From Candidatus Hodarchaeota archaeon (GTDB lineage Archaea > Asgardarchaeota > Heimdallarchaeia > Hodarchaeales > Hodarchaeaceae), in NCBI GenBank assembly GCA_016839785.1, contig JAEOTQ010000237.1, positions 1 through 28,949 on the forward strand: a DNA stretch of 28,949 nucleotides, read 5' to 3'. Both the position numbers and the translations under genes were made by a program. Each line of letters opens with the position of its first letter. The stretch's first letter is position 1. The notes below the pieces were generated by a model that saw nothing but the letters and a program-made list of their open reading frames with translations, had not been told where the DNA came from and searched no databases. Shown piece by piece: positions 28,210 to 28,949 of this stretch.

Positions 28210-28949
28210 CTACGCTGTTAAACTGATACGTTCGAAATTATATGCCTCAAAAACTCCCTTTCGCGTTAATAATTTCAATAATTCGAGGATTTCGCTACTC
28301 CGATCCGATCCAAAACGATCGATACAGTCCTGAAAAGATATCATACTGCCTCGTTCTTCTATATCCTCAATAAGTTCATCAAATTCTTCAACAGGGATTA
28401 TCTTCATTCTATTCTCAATTTCTTGATAACCTCTATAGAAAGTGTACATTCTTATTCCTCTTGGAGTAAGTTCGAACAAGAGCGATCTAGGATACTTTAA
28501 ATATTCACTTAAACTGGCATACTGATCTTTATAAATACGAGACATCTTATCGCGGAAAAAACGAGTATTTATGAGCGTTTCTAAACCAGAAAAGGCGTTT
28601 TTTCTAAAGATAGGATCTTTCAATTCTTCAGAATATAATTCCTCAACTTCTTTTACAATCTGGAGTAGTTGTTTTCGAAGAGTATATTCCTCACGTTCCG
28701 CATTATCTTTATCTAAAACTACAAAACAAATTGCATTTACTCTATCTCCCTGTTCAAGAATCATACGTGTTCCCTCTGTATCTTTATCCCCATCTTTGAA
28801 CCCAACTGTCTGTAGAACGTTTTCAGACATAACTTCTTTTCCAAAAGTTTGTAAAGCGAGAATTAAACTACTAACCATATCCTGATCTTGGTCTGTAGAT
28901 TCAAAAGATTGATTATAGATATTAAACCCTTCATCAGTAATGAAATATA
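28210..28949 (-). CDS. Longin-domain protein with probable C-terminal winged helix (5' end outside the window)
   Basis: The frame is open to the window edge: YFITDEGFNIYNQSF...DMVSSLILALQTFGKEV is a typical Asgard longin start. C-terminal 'ISFQDCIDRF...ILELLKLLTRKGVF' is wHTH-like. Confidence 0.75.
   Translation of the reverse strand, partial: YFITDEGFNIYNQSFESTDQDQDMVSSLILALQTFGKEVMSENVLQTVGFKDGDKDTEGTRMILEQGDRVNAICFVVLDKDNAEREEYTLRKQLLQIVKEVEELYSEELKDPIFRKNAFSGLETLINTRFFRDKMSRIYKDQYASLSEYLKYPRSLLFELTPRGIRMYTFYRGYQEIENRMKIIPVEEFDELIEDIEERGSMISFQDCIDRFGSDRSSEILELLKLLTRKGVFEAYNFERISLTA

Noticed and set aside
749-28885. Short antisense or nested ORFs in the track (e.g. 749-1141, 6206-6589, 7867-8319, 20715-21068, 24950-25414, 28571-28885)
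   Set aside because: They lie opposite or inside well-supported genes and have shadow-ORF composition with no motifs.

Overview
AT-rich archaeal genomic DNA. The gene content points to an Asgard archaeon, plausibly Heimdallarchaeia-like (inference only): Roadblock/LC7, longin-type proteins, an Arf-like GTPase with a C-terminal fused domain, CDC48, EndoQ, Nre, a Vps4-clade AAA ATPase and a divergent tubulin/FtsZ homologue. The window opens with an SRP (7S) RNA gene on the minus strand (about 229 to <1), which an ORF track cannot show. Positions 351-11127 hold housekeeping, repair and signalling genes. The right half has two linked oddities. First, a + strand set (1172-aa helical repeat protein, tubulin/FtsZ-like GTPase, 335-aa protein, 292-aa coiled coil) appears split by a ~9.8 kb block. 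A 15-codon stub (MTMEETESEIFALDP*) just after the 1172-aa gene mirrors the tubulin-like N-terminus (MAIDDQESSEIFAIG) 9.8 kb downstream. Second, the intervening block looks like a self-contained module: Vps4-like ATPase, Walker-dead HerA/VirB4-like protein, degenerate M50-like and YdjM-like membrane proteins, a surface protein and an acidic-leader protein. All five of its transcription units carry the 15-mer TTTYRARTWTWTAAR, and it shows signs of decay. No integrase, transposase, tRNA, rRNA or CRISPR array was recognised. All family calls come from motif reading, not database searches.
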